64,000 nucleotides of DNA from Mobula birostris (Eukaryota). The position numbers and the translations under genes are program-made. A model generated the notes under the pieces. The model searched no databases and was not told where the DNA came from. It saw only the letters and a list, made by a program, of their open reading frames with translations. Shown here one piece after another: positions 51,101-60,435 of the stretch (position 1 is its first letter; each line of letters begins with the position of its first letter). The DNA lies in the NCBI RefSeq assembly GCF_030028105.1, contig NC_092377.1, positions 128,807,356-128,871,355 of the forward strand. The letters run 5' to 3'.

Positions 51101-51547
51101 CATCAACTCAATGCAATTGCAGATCTCTCCTGCCCAAATGCAGAACCCCTCCAACCCCAAACACTAACCCATCAACTCAATGCAATTGCAGATCTCTCCT
51201 GCCCAAATGCAAAGCCCCTCCAACCCCAAACACTAACCCATCAACTCAATGCAATTGCAGATCTCTCCTGCCCAAATGCAAAGCCCCTCCAACCCTAAAC
51301 GCAAATCACCCAGTTCAAAGCAAGTACAGAGACCCATTAATTCTATGCATATGTGGAACCCCCAATCCAATGTACAGAGAGCCTTTCAATCCCAAACACA
51401 GACGTTTCCAAACCCATAAACCTCAACACAGCCACATGACCCACTCGACAGCACCAACACAAGGAACCCCATACATGAGCAGCCCACCCTCACCTTTCTA
51501 TTTCTCTTTCTCCTTCCCCTCACTCACCCTCCCGAAGCTCGTTCCAT
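23297..51547 (-). CDS. PROSER3: Proline- and serine-rich protein 3 (PROSER3/C19orf55 orthologue), 12 coding exons, 2124 nt CDS, about 707 aa
   Basis: Manually spliced exons give one open frame with consistent phases and GT-AG introns. Motifs match human PROSER3 as I recall it: [110 protein letters not shown]. Confidence 0.93.
23636..24367 (-). mobile_element. Rex1/Babar-type LINE 3' fragment with (ATTCTG)n tail, inserted into a CR1 remnant (about 23520-24850)
   Basis: [20 protein letters not shown]...[23 protein letters not shown]; aatcagaatcagaatcag tail; CR1 sequence resumes on both sides. Confidence 0.87.
25293..25374 (-). CDS. PROSER3: PROSER3 coding exon 11 ([27 protein letters not shown])
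   Basis: cttccctcccaacag acceptor, CAG|GTACCG donor, 82 nt; conserved C-terminal SDG.EF..D..L.VLR motif. Confidence 0.9.
25508..25955 (+). repeat. 34-bp CpG-rich minisatellite (CCCCAGGACCGCGTGATGGGACCCCACACCCGAC) filling most of PROSER3 intron 10
   Basis: ggaccgcgtg recurs at 25751, 25785 and onward; the array starts with one 52-bp-family unit. Confidence 0.92.
25981..26182 (-). CDS. PROSER3: PROSER3 coding exon 10 (VISEAIFSP...[11 protein letters not shown])
   Basis: ctctcattgcatctaag acceptor, AAG|GTACTG donor, 202 nt. A same-phase donor 9 nt further on is possible. Confidence 0.87.
26500..27460 (+). repeat. (CA)n-rich degenerate repeat region
   Basis: Many CA runs interleaved with a gggagggatgggtc-like motif. 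Confidence 0.8.
28500..29110 (+). mobile_element. CR1 LINE 3' end
   Basis: [39 protein letters not shown]. Confidence 0.88.
28946..29026 (+). mobile_element. About 80-bp hAT (Charlie-like) MITE with 8-bp TSD GTTTAGAG
   Basis: TIR halves ...gttcccaac and gttgggaacccctg; TSD at 28938-28945 and 29027-29034. Confidence 0.8.
29212..29880 (-). CDS. PROSER3: PROSER3 coding exon 9 (large Pro-rich exon with internal repeats, VEEFGE...HVLGQ)
   Basis: tttgatctgcag acceptor, CAG|GTACTC donor, 669 nt open frame, phase 0/0; LGQ joins V of the next exon. Confidence 0.82.
30070..30420 (+). mobile_element. CR1 3' end carrying a second, shorter copy of the hAT MITE (30325 to about 30373)
   Basis: [11 protein letters not shown]...RGNLFT; gtttagag directly followed by cagaggttcccaacc. 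Confidence 0.75.
30750..31000 (+). mobile_element. V-SINE/HE1-like tRNA-derived SINE (degenerate)
   Basis: B-box-like gttcaattcc, then gtttgtacgttct...tcctcccacagtccaaaga...ggttaatt core; similar to 60169-60435. Confidence 0.75.
31140..31339 (-). CDS. PROSER3: PROSER3 coding exon 8 (...[21 protein letters not shown]...)
   Basis: tattactcag acceptor, CAG|GTGAGA donor, 200 nt; diagnostic [10 protein letters not shown] motif. This frame is not in the ORF track. Confidence 0.94.
31771..32573. mobile_element. Non-autonomous pogo/Tigger-like DNA transposon inserted in a CR1 remnant
   Basis: Imperfect TIRs cagtgtgttttgattaattggg and cccaattaaacggaatccactg followed by TA; CR1 continues on both sides. 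Confidence 0.65.
32722..33239 (-). mobile_element. Internally deleted Tc1-like transposon
   Basis: TA-flanked TIRs cacacagtggccacttt... and ...ggccactgagtg; transposase remnants [34 protein letters not shown] and [11 protein letters not shown]...ALKWMG. Confidence 0.9.
33473..33603 (-). CDS. PROSER3: PROSER3 coding exon 7 ([18 protein letters not shown]...RELTV)
   Basis: cctcccaacag acceptor, TTG|GTAAGA donor, 131 nt; PVSSEG resembles human PTSSDG. Confidence 0.88.
34070..34500 (+). mobile_element. Rex1/Babar-type LINE 3' fragment (degenerate)
   Basis: ccatcaggcaggaagtacagaaacctgaag...accaggttcagaaacagctacttccc (LPSGRKYR.L...T.RFRNSYFP). Confidence 0.7.
35004..35092 (-). CDS. PROSER3: PROSER3 coding exon 6 ([29 protein letters not shown])
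   Basis: ctcccttcacag acceptor, CAG|GTAATG donor, 89 nt; matches human LDLETLSLQSRAARLLKRS. Confidence 0.9.
35364..35503 (-). CDS. PROSER3: PROSER3 coding exon 5 (PVLPGGG...KGLSAS)
   Basis: tgtccacag acceptor, TCG|GTGAGG donor, 140 nt; phase 1 in and phase 0 out bridges exons 4 and 6. Low sequence conservation. Confidence 0.78.
35570..35862 (+). repeat. 68-bp tandem repeat, about 4 near-identical units; older units at about 42950-43175 and 44115-44350
   Basis: gggttacaggctaggctctgatac... at 35591, 35659 and onward. Confidence 0.92.
38373..39507 (+). mobile_element. 5'-truncated Rex1 LINE inserted into the Gypsy pol (RNase H region)
   Basis: 304-aa ORF with [19 protein letters not shown] and QKFSDDSA; aataaa plus (ATGACT)n tail; Gypsy PVL.FADP.LP and YVLHIDAS are split across it. 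Confidence 0.93.
41892..42540 (+). repeat. Gypsy 3' LTR
   Basis: TG...CA ends, preceded by a PPT; 3' half aligns by eye with the solo LTR at 63131-63645. Confidence 0.87.
42541..42941 (-). mobile_element. hAT-like transposon end fragment (the target of the Gypsy insertion)
   Basis: TIR-like ttagagggaacattg at the right end; [16 protein letters not shown]-terminal remnant cut off by the LTR. Confidence 0.55.
43176..44113 (+). mobile_element. Second Tc1-like copy, split by a CR1 3' fragment (about 43274-43676)
   Basis: Reverse-complement similarity to 32722-33239 including TIR aaagtggccactgagtg-TA; CR1 [11 protein letters not shown]...[10 protein letters not shown] and (tcttatgg) tail inside. 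Confidence 0.88.
44442..44590 (-). CDS. PROSER3: PROSER3 coding exon 4 ([16 protein letters not shown]...[10 protein letters not shown]...)
   Basis: ctccctccag acceptor, GTG|GTAAGA donor, 149 nt; most conserved PROSER3 motif. This frame is not in the ORF track. Confidence 0.93.
44680..45350 (-). mobile_element. CR1 LINE 3' fragment (degenerate)
   Basis: ccaaaactgcacacaacactccaagtg and gatgaaggccaacatgccaaatgc match the other CR1 copies in reverse. Confidence 0.72.
45480..45975 (+). repeat. 34-35-bp minisatellite (TCTGATCCCCCTGAACCCATTCCCCAACGTCCCGA)
   Basis: About 14 directly visible units in PROSER3 intron 3. Confidence 0.93.
46149..46438 (-). CDS. PROSER3: PROSER3 coding exon 3 (VMREGRIQ...LEESWPSS...NSSIIAK)
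   Basis: ttctcccccag acceptor, CCAA|GTAAGT donor, 290 nt; EESWPSS motif. Confidence 0.92.
46624..46729 (-). CDS. PROSER3: PROSER3 coding exon 2 ([10 protein letters not shown]...[20 protein letters not shown])
   Basis: Pyrimidine tract + ctgtag acceptor, AAG|GTAAAA donor, 106 nt; resembles human LPVFSIQDSPF...RSHYWPS. Confidence 0.88.
46810..50060. mobile_element. Cluster of degenerate Rex1-type (about 46810-47510, 47915-48130, 49100-50060) and CR1 (about 47510-48820) fragments in PROSER3 intron 1
   Basis: [13 protein letters not shown]...PSGRR; [10 protein letters not shown] at about 49130; the 3' tail at 47915 is near-identical to 23636-23830; CR1 reverse motifs. Confidence 0.75.
50612..51300 (+). 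repeat. 69-bp near-perfect minisatellite, 10 units of two variants, next to PROSER3 exon 1
   Basis: Unit aacccatcaactcaatgcaattgcagatctctcctgcccaaatgca(ga/aa)...ccccaaacact; variant order ABBABBAABB. Confidence 0.97.
51528..51547 (-). CDS. PROSER3: PROSER3 coding exon 1 (MERASG, phase 2)
   Basis: gggATGGAACGAGCTTCGGGAGG|GTGAGT at the edge of the CpG island; phase 2 fits exon 2; human protein starts MDRS. Confidence 0.8.
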
Positions 51548-52050
51548 CCCGCTCGCGCCCAGCGGGCCCAACGGCCTTCGCCTGCTGTCGCGCGTCTCAA
51601 GCGGCGAGGGTGGGCGGAGTTAACGGTCGGTCGGGTGACGGGCAGGGAGAGGAAGCGAGTGGAACCAACCACCGTGAGCGCAGCGGACTGGCTCCGCCCC
51701 TGTCCGGACTCAGATAACGCTGCCGATCCCAAAGGTGGGCGGGACGGGTCCTCGATAGCCGGTGCGCGATGACGTCAGCGCGCAGCGGAGGGAGACGGTT
51801 GGAGGATCGGTCGTTGGCGGGGTTGTCAGGGCAGAGGCGACGTCGCCTGAGGATCTGGTGAGCGCGATGGCGGTGCGGTGCAGCTGAGCGGAATCGCTCC
51901 GATAGGGCGGTGGGAAAGATAAGCAGCCCGGCGACTGGGCATCGGGGAAGGCTAGGCGGCAGGAAAGCGCGGCGGAATCATATCAATGGGATTGATAGAG
52001 CTTGCCCACTCTTGACACATAACCGGAAGTAGATGTCGGCCATCGCTATG
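51540..52050. promoter_or_regulatory. CpG-island promoter of PROSER3, probably bidirectional
   Basis: Dense CpG in a CpG-poor background; full CRE TGACGTCA at 51770-51777; GC boxes near 51695 and 51737; ETS/GABP site ACCGGAAGT at 52022-52030; + strand donor CTG|GTGAGC at 51858. Confidence 0.85.
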
Positions 52051-52867
52051 TACAGTATTTGAATTGGTTTATTATTGTCGCATGTACCGAGATGCCGTGA
52101 AAAGCTTGTCTTGCCTAATGTTCATGCAGATAAAATCATTACATAGCACATTGAAGCAGAACAAAGTAAAATAATAGCAATGCAGAATAAAGTACAACAG
52201 CTACAGAACAGGTAAACAAATACAGTGCAAAATCAGATCGAGATAGATTGTGAGCGAAAAGTCCATCTTACTGCACTAGGGAACCTTTCAATAGTCCGAT
52301 AAAAGCAGGGCAGAAGCTGTCGTCGAGCCAGGTGGTATGTGCTTTTAGGCTTTTCAGTCCTGATGAAGTGTCTCATCCCGAAATAATGAATATTCGTCTC
52401 CATAAATGCTGCCTGAGCTGGTGAGTTCCTCCAGCATTTTGTGTGTGTTGTTTCCTATCTTCTGCTTGATGGTAGGAGGGAAGAAGAGAGATTGTCTGGG
52501 GTGGGAAGGACCTTTGATTACGCTGGTTGCTTTAATGGGTCTGCAGGAAGTGTAGACGGAGTCCAGAGAGGGGAGACTGAGCTGTGTCTACAACTCTGCA
52601 GTTTCTTGTGGTCATGTGCAAGGCTTTTGCTATACCAAGCTGTGGTGCATCCAGTTTGGATGTTTTCTACAGTGCATCAATAAAAAATGGTGAGGGTCTG
52701 TCAGATTTATGATCACTGACAGATGTCATGAAATTTAGTTTGTGACAGTAGTACAGGACATAAAGAATGCTGCAAGTTAAAATAAATTTATAAAGCAAAA
52801 GAGGAATAATGAAGTAATATTAATGGATTTATGAACCATTCAGAAATCTCCTCCCTGATAGTTGTAA

Positions 52868-53237
52868 TGTGTTGAGCACCTTTTTGCTATATTTTATAAC
52901 AAACAACAATTAACTTAGAGTGAAACAATCATACACGCGTTTACTTGCTACAAGGGAAGGCTGTTGTTGCAGAGGAGCCAGTGGTGGCTTCAAGAAAACA
53001 ACCAGCATAGTCACTCTTATACACAAGTGTTATCTACTTGCACTAGTTCAGGGACAGGGCACACTCTGTTAGTCTGCTTGATTAGTGTACTTAACATTCG
53101 TCCAGTAACCAAATCTGCTCGTCTTTCAGCAGTTTGTAATATTCATGGTCCATCTGCATAATGTCACATAAACACTATCAGCAAAGCACTCTGGTACAAT
53201 ACAGCTTCCACTTTGTTACTACAAGTATATTTTCACA
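52868..53237 (-). repeat. Putative ERV 3' LTR
   Basis: Starts TGTG right after the PPT; TATAAG and AGTAAA in the expected order; left boundary uncertain by a few bases. Confidence 0.62.
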
Positions 53238-53419
53238 TTCCCTCCTTTTTGTCATTTTATGGCAATATTACATTTCACCAAGTAATAGTAATTGAAATAT
53301 GAATATATGTGTACAATGATGTGGTTTCAAAGCTCAACCCCAAAATTTCCTTTTCATCCATCCATTTTAAAGAGTACCTGTTCCTTTCCTTAATATCCTC
53401 TCCTTCATCCTGTTATTTC

Positions 53420-53750
53420 ACACAAAAAATTGTAAAAGAATGACAGCCATTATAATACCAGTTATTGCAGAGTAGTTGCCCACCGTCCTCCCAGTTTGCC
53501 AAATGGCCACCATCCATGTCCTGAAGTGTTATATTCATGATATTGATCCCCTACTTTCCTAAACTATTTGGTAGCTTCTCGAATGTGATTTGTCAAGTTA
53601 GTTATATTTTCTGTTTTGTCAGGTATGTAAGTACAGCATTCTTGCCCTATCAGGGCACAAGTACCCCCATTTTCTGATAGAATAAAATCCAAAGACATTC
53701 TGTTCTCTAATTCTGCTGTACGAATAGCTATCAGTTCTGCCAACAACTTT
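53420..53750 (-). pseudogene. Retroviral gamma-type envelope TM-subunit fragment
   Basis: LENRMSLDFILSENGGTCALIGQECCTYIPD = immunosuppressive domain plus CX6CC; Trp-rich and hydrophobic segments follow, broken by stops. Confidence 0.9.
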
Positions 53751-54169
53751 AATGCTTACTATTTTCTCCAAAGCTGATCCTGGAAGTCCTGGAACTTCTG
53801 TGTGTGTACTGTTACTGCTTCCCAGAGAGGCCCCCTTCCCCAATTAACTATCCTATCCTCTGTGCATCTACATCGTCCCTAATGGCTATCTACAAGCAGA
53901 GATCTTTCTAGAACTTTGACCAACTGTCTTTAAAATGCAGCTTTATCATTCATATGGCTGTTTCCTCCTTTCCTGCTGGCCAATTGCAGTTTAATCACAT
54001 TATTTATCTTCACTCCTTCATTATCTGATAGCTAAAACTCAGCAGTGGCTGTCAGTGGTTACTCTCTGGTCAGGGGCACCAGCACAGTAAATGTATCAGT
54101 CTCACAGGCAACAGTTCACACTCCATGCCATAACAAAAGATCTGACAAATGAGTCTTTTTGCCTCTGTG

Positions 54170-54978
54170 GCGTGGATCGCGTATTATTGAGGGTACGGTG
54201 GGCCAGATAAATGTCATAAAAAAACTTGAAATATGGGAATTATCCATTTAAATACATCTAGTTATGTTTTGCCTCAAATTAACGAATAATGCATGCTAGA
54301 AAATCATTTGTGCTTAACCAAGGATGCCAATTAGTAATCAAAGAACTCGGTTTAGTTGCAATTTATTTTAATCAAGGCATCTTTTGAATCTATTAAAAGG
54401 ACACAAGGGATCTTTAAACATAAAACGTATGAACATGATGCATTGAATGGTGGTAAATTAAGCATAATAAAAAAGAAAATTTTAATGAAAACAGTTGATA
54501 AATCAATGTGTAATTTGATGCTGTTTGTTGTAATCTAGTGTCCAAGGGTCTTGGAAATTTCGGCACTCAGTGTCTACCTTCCTGCGTTTTGCATTCACTG
54601 GCATTGGAATTTTTTTCTTCGATTTTATTTCGAAACGCGAGTTATTCAACAAATATTATAGCACACGTAAATATCTGGATATTTAGCATGGATTTCTTGT
54701 GAAAACACAGTGACGCTGTTTCTGTTTACAAATTTGAACAACCCCATCTGAAAACCTGCGCGTGCACGGAGAATATCAAATACATATTAATAAGGTAGCC
54801 TGCCTTCCCATCATTCGTATATACCAGTGTTTGGTTCAGAACAAAACAGAACCTGGGGCCAGTGTAACAAGACGCCATGGATGTCCATCAGTGTGGTCGC
54901 GTGAAACACTCAGAATAAGGAAAAATCGCTCACGGGCCGGATAAGCATAGTATCCCAATATTTGGTTGCCTACCCCTG
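54170..54978. mobile_element. AT-rich hAT (Charlie/MER58-like) remnant inside the ERV
   Basis: Right end ggttgcctacccctg with a subterminal cgggccgga motif; left TIR not found. Confidence 0.45.
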
Positions 54979-56292
54979 TCTTAGACCTTTTCATCAATGT
55001 AGAAGGGGTTAGGATGGTCTCTATTTGAATGGCTGCAAGGACCTCACCCCAGTGGCGCCCTTCCTGGACTATCCAGTCAATCACTGGCCCAACCACTGAA
55101 AAGGCCCAGCTCATTTGTATTCACTCCCCATTCAGTCTGGGGTGAATACATTCAGACACCATGTGTAAGTTCTTCTCTTTCCCAGTCTGCCATGCCATTG
55201 AAGTTGTGGAACTTGATGTCTCTGCTGTAACTCAGATCCCTTCCCATAAGTTTTCCCCAATATCTTTCTATTCTGATCTCTAAAACTAATCGCCTACCTT
55301 CAGGAACCAGTTTTCATTACAGAGTTACAGTTATATGTCAGCATGCTGTTCATGGCTCGCTGTCACCCTGTTTCCGTGTCTTCTGCATTTACGTTTATTG
55401 AGTAAGGTGCAGTCAGAACTGGTGCAGCCTGCTGGTGTTCATCACTTGGGTGCAATGACGCTGTTACAGGGTACACTTGATCTCTCGCTCAGTCTGTGAG
55501 GGTGACAAGCAGGTGAGTCATGCGGTTTAACCTGAGTCCCTGGCTGCCACACCGGGACTGTACACCAACATGGGTGTCATTCGCCCAGAGCTCCACCTGA
55601 GATTCTATCCACCTGGGAGCAGAACTTGTCTTTTCGACCAGCTCCCTTGCCAGCTGGCTGTGGGAGACCAGCTTCTCTCCCTCTGGCTCTCTCTGATCGG
55701 CAGTATGTTGCCGCTGTTTTGCTTGATACCTCAATGTGTTACCCTGGTTACAGTGATCCTTCACATCTCCATGTAATCTTACTAACTTAGCATTTGTAGT
55801 TTTTTTCTGTACATTTGTAATTTCTGTTGTTTCTAGTTCTTCTGCTGCCATCCCCATACTGATGTCTGCCCAGTCGTTTCCTGTCTGCTCCTTACTGTCT
55901 ACTTTCTAGTGAGCCTTTATTTAATCACTGCTACCTACTACTTCTAACAGCTCCTGTCTGTGCTTGGCCCTGACCCTTGGGACCTCCTGACATGATTCCC
56001 ACACATTGCCCTGTCTCGCCCATCTGCTTGGGGCTGCTGTCTCTTTGTGGGTCACACATGTTCACTGTTCCTGTCTTATCTGTGTTATTTCTCCTTTTCC
56101 TAGTATATGCCTTTCTCAGCGTGTGTAGATAGTATCTTCATTGGGCAGATCCAAAAATCTACAGAAAGCCGCATTCTCAATCTCAGGTACCTGAGGCTGA
56201 CTTCAATCTGTCCTCATTGTTTCACCTCTTGCACTGGTAATGTAAATCGCCTCTCCAGTCGTGAGCAGTATCAGTTATTGATGCTGTTCAAT

Positions 56293-58068
56293 AACTCGAC
56301 TCCGAGCCAACCATTGAGGACCTCAGCAAGGCAATTGACAGTCTGGCCCCAGGGAAAGCTCCTGGCAATGATAGGATTCCTCCAGACCTGATCAAACACT
56401 GCAAAAGTTCACTCCTGCAACCTTTACAAGAGGTCCTCCATCAGGGCTGGAAGGAAGGAGCCGTACCACAGGATATGCACGACTCCAGAATCGTCACTTT
56501 GTACAAGAACAAGGGTGAGAGGAGCAACTGCAACAACTACAGGGGTATCTCCCGCCTGAGTATTGTCAGCAAAGTCTTTGCTTGTGTAACTCTGGCGCAT
56601 CTACCCTGAGTCCCAATGTGGTTTTCACGCAAGGAGGTCAACTGTTGACATTATTTTCTCACTCCTTCAACTCCAGGAGAAGTGCAGGGAACAACAGAAA
56701 CCCCTCTGTGTTGCTTTCATCGACTTGACCAAGGCAGTCGACCTTGTCGGCAGGGATGGGCTCTTTGAGATCCTCCTCAAAATCGGCTGTCCCCCGAAAC
56801 TCCGAAATATCATCGAGTCATTCCATGACGACATGAGGGCTACTGTTCAGTACGATGGCAGCTCATCAGAACCCTTCACTACTCCTAGTGGAGTCAAACA
56901 AGGATGCGTGTTGGCCCCAACATTATTCGGCATCTTCTTCTCTCTGCTATTGAAGCACACGTTTGGGACGTCGACAGAAGGCATCTACATGCACACCAGG
57001 TCTGATGGGCGGCTGTCCCTGCGCGCCTGAGAGCAAGAACAAAGGTGCGGAAGATCTTAATATGTGACATGCTCTTTGCCGATGACACTGCTATAACCTC
57101 ACACACCAAACAGCAACTACAAACTCTCATGGACCGCTTCTCAAAGGCATGCAAGGACTTCGGGCTTACCATCAGCCTAAAGAAAACAAATATCCTTGCC
57201 CAGAACGTAGTGGAGACACCAGTCATTACCATCGACAATTACGATCTAGAAGTGGTCCACAAGTTCACGTACTTAGGGTCGACCATTAGCGACACTCTCT
57301 CCCTCGATGCTGAAATCAATAGGCGTATCGGCAAAGCAGCATCGATCCTTGCTCGACTCTCCTCGCGGGTGTGGGAGAATCCGAAACTCGCTACAAAGAC
57401 CAAGACTGCTGTGTACAATGCATGCGTTATCAGCACCCTCCTGTATGATAGTGAGACTTAGACCATCTACTCCAAGCAGGAGAGGAAACTCGGTAGTTTT
57501 CACCTGCGCAGCCTTCGCCGCGTCCTCGGCATCACCTGGAGAGACAACTTCCCAAACTCTGAGGTCCTGTCCCGCGCTGGACTTCCCACAATGTTCACAC
57601 TTGTAAGACAACACAGACTGCACTGGCTGGGCCACTTCTATCGTATGACAGATGGTAGACTGCCAAAGGACGTACTCTATGGAGAACTAGCAACAGTCAA
57701 GACGAACGTTGGTAGACTCCAGCTTCGCTTCAAGGACCTCTGCAAGCGCGACGCGAAAGCCTTAAAAATCAACACAGAGTGCTGGGAGGATACAGCAGAT
57801 GACCGCAAGAAATGGCAAGATACTCTTCAGCAACACCTAGAGCAAGGCGAAAGAGTGATCCTGAGTCAGTTTGTGGAGCAGAGAGCACAGCGGACAGCGG
57901 ACAACAATTCCACAACGCCCTACACATGCAGCAACTGTGGCAGAGCCTGCTATTCCAGGATCGGCCTCAATAGCTACAGTCGAGGCTGCTCGACAAACCA
58001 GTGACTACCAGAGGAGCAGTACCCATGGTCGACCACGACCGACGGAGGCCACACCACCACCACCATCA
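56293..58068 (+). mobile_element. 5'-truncated RTE-clade LINE (RT with frameshifts and stops)
   Basis: GKAPGND.IP, AFIDLTKA.DLV, SGVKQGCVLAPTLF, DMLFADD, FTYLGSTIS, RLHWLGH..RM.DGRLPK; (CAC)n tail. Confidence 0.93.
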
Positions 58069-58754
58069 TGACCCCCTCATCCAATAATATTTCACATTGC
58101 CGGCCCCTAATAAACCTCTCGTGTACAATCATGGATAACCACCACTGGCAATAGAGGCTAGCGCCAGCCATTTGCCTGACCTGGATGCGGACTTCACAAG
58201 CTCTATAACCTGGTCGGTAGTCAAATCGGTGAGAGAGGGCACTGCTGTGGATTCTGTCTGCTTTGGTGAGTGATTGTCACACCTTTCTTTCTTTTCAGGA
58301 CACTGCCTTCAACCATTCAACCACAGCCTGAGAGGCCATAGCTGTAACAAATCACCTCCTTTACCTTTCCATGTCTATTCCAGCAGTTCCTTGCTGGGTG
58401 CCCTGGCACACAAAGCAAGTCATCTCTAACATCCAGCAGCTACGTTCACTACAGCTACTCTATGACCTCTCTTCCCCTCCTCTTGTCTATCTCACCAGCC
58501 CACTGCTGTCCCCAAATCTAAAACTTCCCAGTGGGCTGAGCTCAGGGCTTCCTTCAGCATCTTCAGGAAGACTGGGTCATCCCTCCCTGGATTATCAGAC
58601 CCTGAATACTCATACACTCAATATTTACATTCACATAATCCACGGCAGGTTCATCAGCTCTCTGAACCACTGACATTATCGTCCCAGTTACTCCCACCTC
58701 CCCCCAGCTGCTGCCTCAGTTCCCCTGTAAACAAGCAATATCCCTCTTCATTCA

Positions 58755-59517
58755 ACACACTTAAAAGTTGCTGGTGAGCACAGCAGGCCAGGCAGCATCT
58801 CTAGGAAGAGGTACAGTCGACGTTTCAGGCCGAGACCCTTCGTCAGGACTAACTGAAGGAAGAGCTAGTAAGAGATTTGAAAGTGGGAGGGGGAGGGATG
58901 GAGCCAAGAGCTGGACAGGTGATTGGCAAAAAGGATATGAGAGGATCATGGGACAAGAGGCCCAGGGAGAAAGACAAAGCTGGGGGGGGAACCCAGAGGA
59001 TGAGCAAGGGGTATAGTGAGAGGGACAGAGGGAGAAAAAGGAGAGAGAGAAAAAAAATAATAATATATATAATAATTAATAAATAAGGGATGGGGTAGGA
59101 AGGGGAGGTGGGGCATTAACAGAAGTTAGAGAAGTCAATGTTCATGCCATCAGCTTGGAGGCTACCCAGACGGAATATAAGGTGTTGTTCCTCCAACCTG
59201 AGTGTGGCTTCATCTTTGCAGTAGGGGAGGCCGTGGATAGACATGTCAGAATGGGAATGGGACATGGAATTAAAATGTGTGGCCACTGGGAGATCCTGCT
59301 TTCTCTGGCGGACAGAGTGTAGGTGTTCAGTGAAACGATCTCCTAGTCTGCATTGGGTCTCGCCAATATATAGAAGGCCGCGTCAGGAGCACCGGCCGCA
59401 GTATATCACCCCAGCCGACTCACAGGTGAAGTGTCGCCTCACCTGGAAGAACTGTCTGGGGCCCTGAATGGTGGTGAGGGAGGAAGTGTAAGGGCATGTG
59501 TAGCACTTGTTCCGCTT
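58755..59517 (-). mobile_element. 5'-truncated Penelope-like element: GIY-YIG endonuclease end, 3' UTR and pLTR with hammerhead motif
   Basis: Minus 59517-59116 translates KRNKCYTCP...FTCESAGVIYCGRCS*RGLLYIGET...RFTEH...PVATHFN...LEEQHLIFRLGSLQADGMN with one internal stop. Not in the ORF track. Confidence 0.92.
58815..58850 (-). ncRNA. Minimal type I hammerhead ribozyme motif in the Penelope pLTR
   Basis: AGUC-CUGACGA-AGGGUCUCGGCCU-GAAA-CGUC-GACU: stem I AGUC/GACU, conserved core, stem II AGG/CCU, palindromic ACGU in place of stem III, GUC cleavage triplet. Confidence 0.85.
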
Positions 59518-60168
59518 ACGATCTGGTATTGCCGGTAGTTGCCCATGTACTATCCTCCACTCCTTGAGCCATACAGCCCCAGATATTTCTTGGGAGCTGC
59601 TTTTACCAACACACGTATATCTCTGGGGTGCGTCTGGTGAACTTCAATCATTTCCTCAAGCCTGCAACAGAATTCTGTGTTCCTTCAGGTTACTAAATGA
59701 AGGCAGCTCTGACAAAATGCTCTGCTTCTTCCCAGGAGTAAAGGGCTTATGAATTGGTCATAATTCGGGTCATAGGCTGGCTCGGGTCACCATGGTCTGT
59801 TGTTGCCTGACCTCAATAGATGCCATCCCAACTGATATATCTGGGTATAACCTCTACCTCAAGTATCTCCACACTAATTCTCACAAAATGCAAAATATGA
59901 GTGACAGATAAAAATTAAACAGTACAGACTTAATTGTACTCTGCAATCTGTTAGTATGTGTGTCTGAACTAATGATGCCTGTTGTATTCCTTTGCATTTA
60001 AAACTGTTACACCAAGGTTACAGGCTTATTCTAAAAACACACTCACAAACAAGTGTGCTACTTCAAAGTTCACTGAACTTTATACACACATCCCACTGGC
60101 GTCCTGAATAGTCAGCAACCAGTGGCCCTGTCTCACCAAATTACCCAAAAATGTTTGGTCTCTTACAC

Positions 60169-60435
60169 ATGGCACGGTAGCGTAGTAGTTTGCACAGCAC
60201 TTTACAGTACAGAAGACCCAGATTCAATTCCCGCCACTGCTTGTAAAGAGTTTGTACGTTCTCCCCGTCACTGTGTGGTTTGCCCTCAGGTACTCTGGTA
60301 TCCTCCCACAGTCCAAAGACTTACCATTTGGTAGGTTAATTGGTCATTGTTAATTGTCCTGTGATTAGGCTAGGGTTAAATTAGGGGTTGCTGGGTTATG
60401 CGGTTCGAAGGTTCGAAGGGTTGGAAAGGACTATA
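60169..60435 (+). mobile_element. V-SINE/HE1-like tRNA-derived SINE
   Basis: tRNA-like head ggcacggtagcgtagt...gattcaattccc; core gagtttgtacgttctccccgt...tcctcccacagtccaaaga...aggttaattgg. Confidence 0.85.

Noticed and set aside
50593-51717. 374-aa Cys-repeat protein gene
   Set aside because: Non-ATG start, 69-bp (3n) VNTR with almost no synonymous variation, antisense to PROSER3 exon 1. Kept only as a repeat finding.
60169-60240. tRNA gene
   Set aside because: It is the tRNA-derived head of a SINE, followed by the V-SINE core; no complete cloverleaf.
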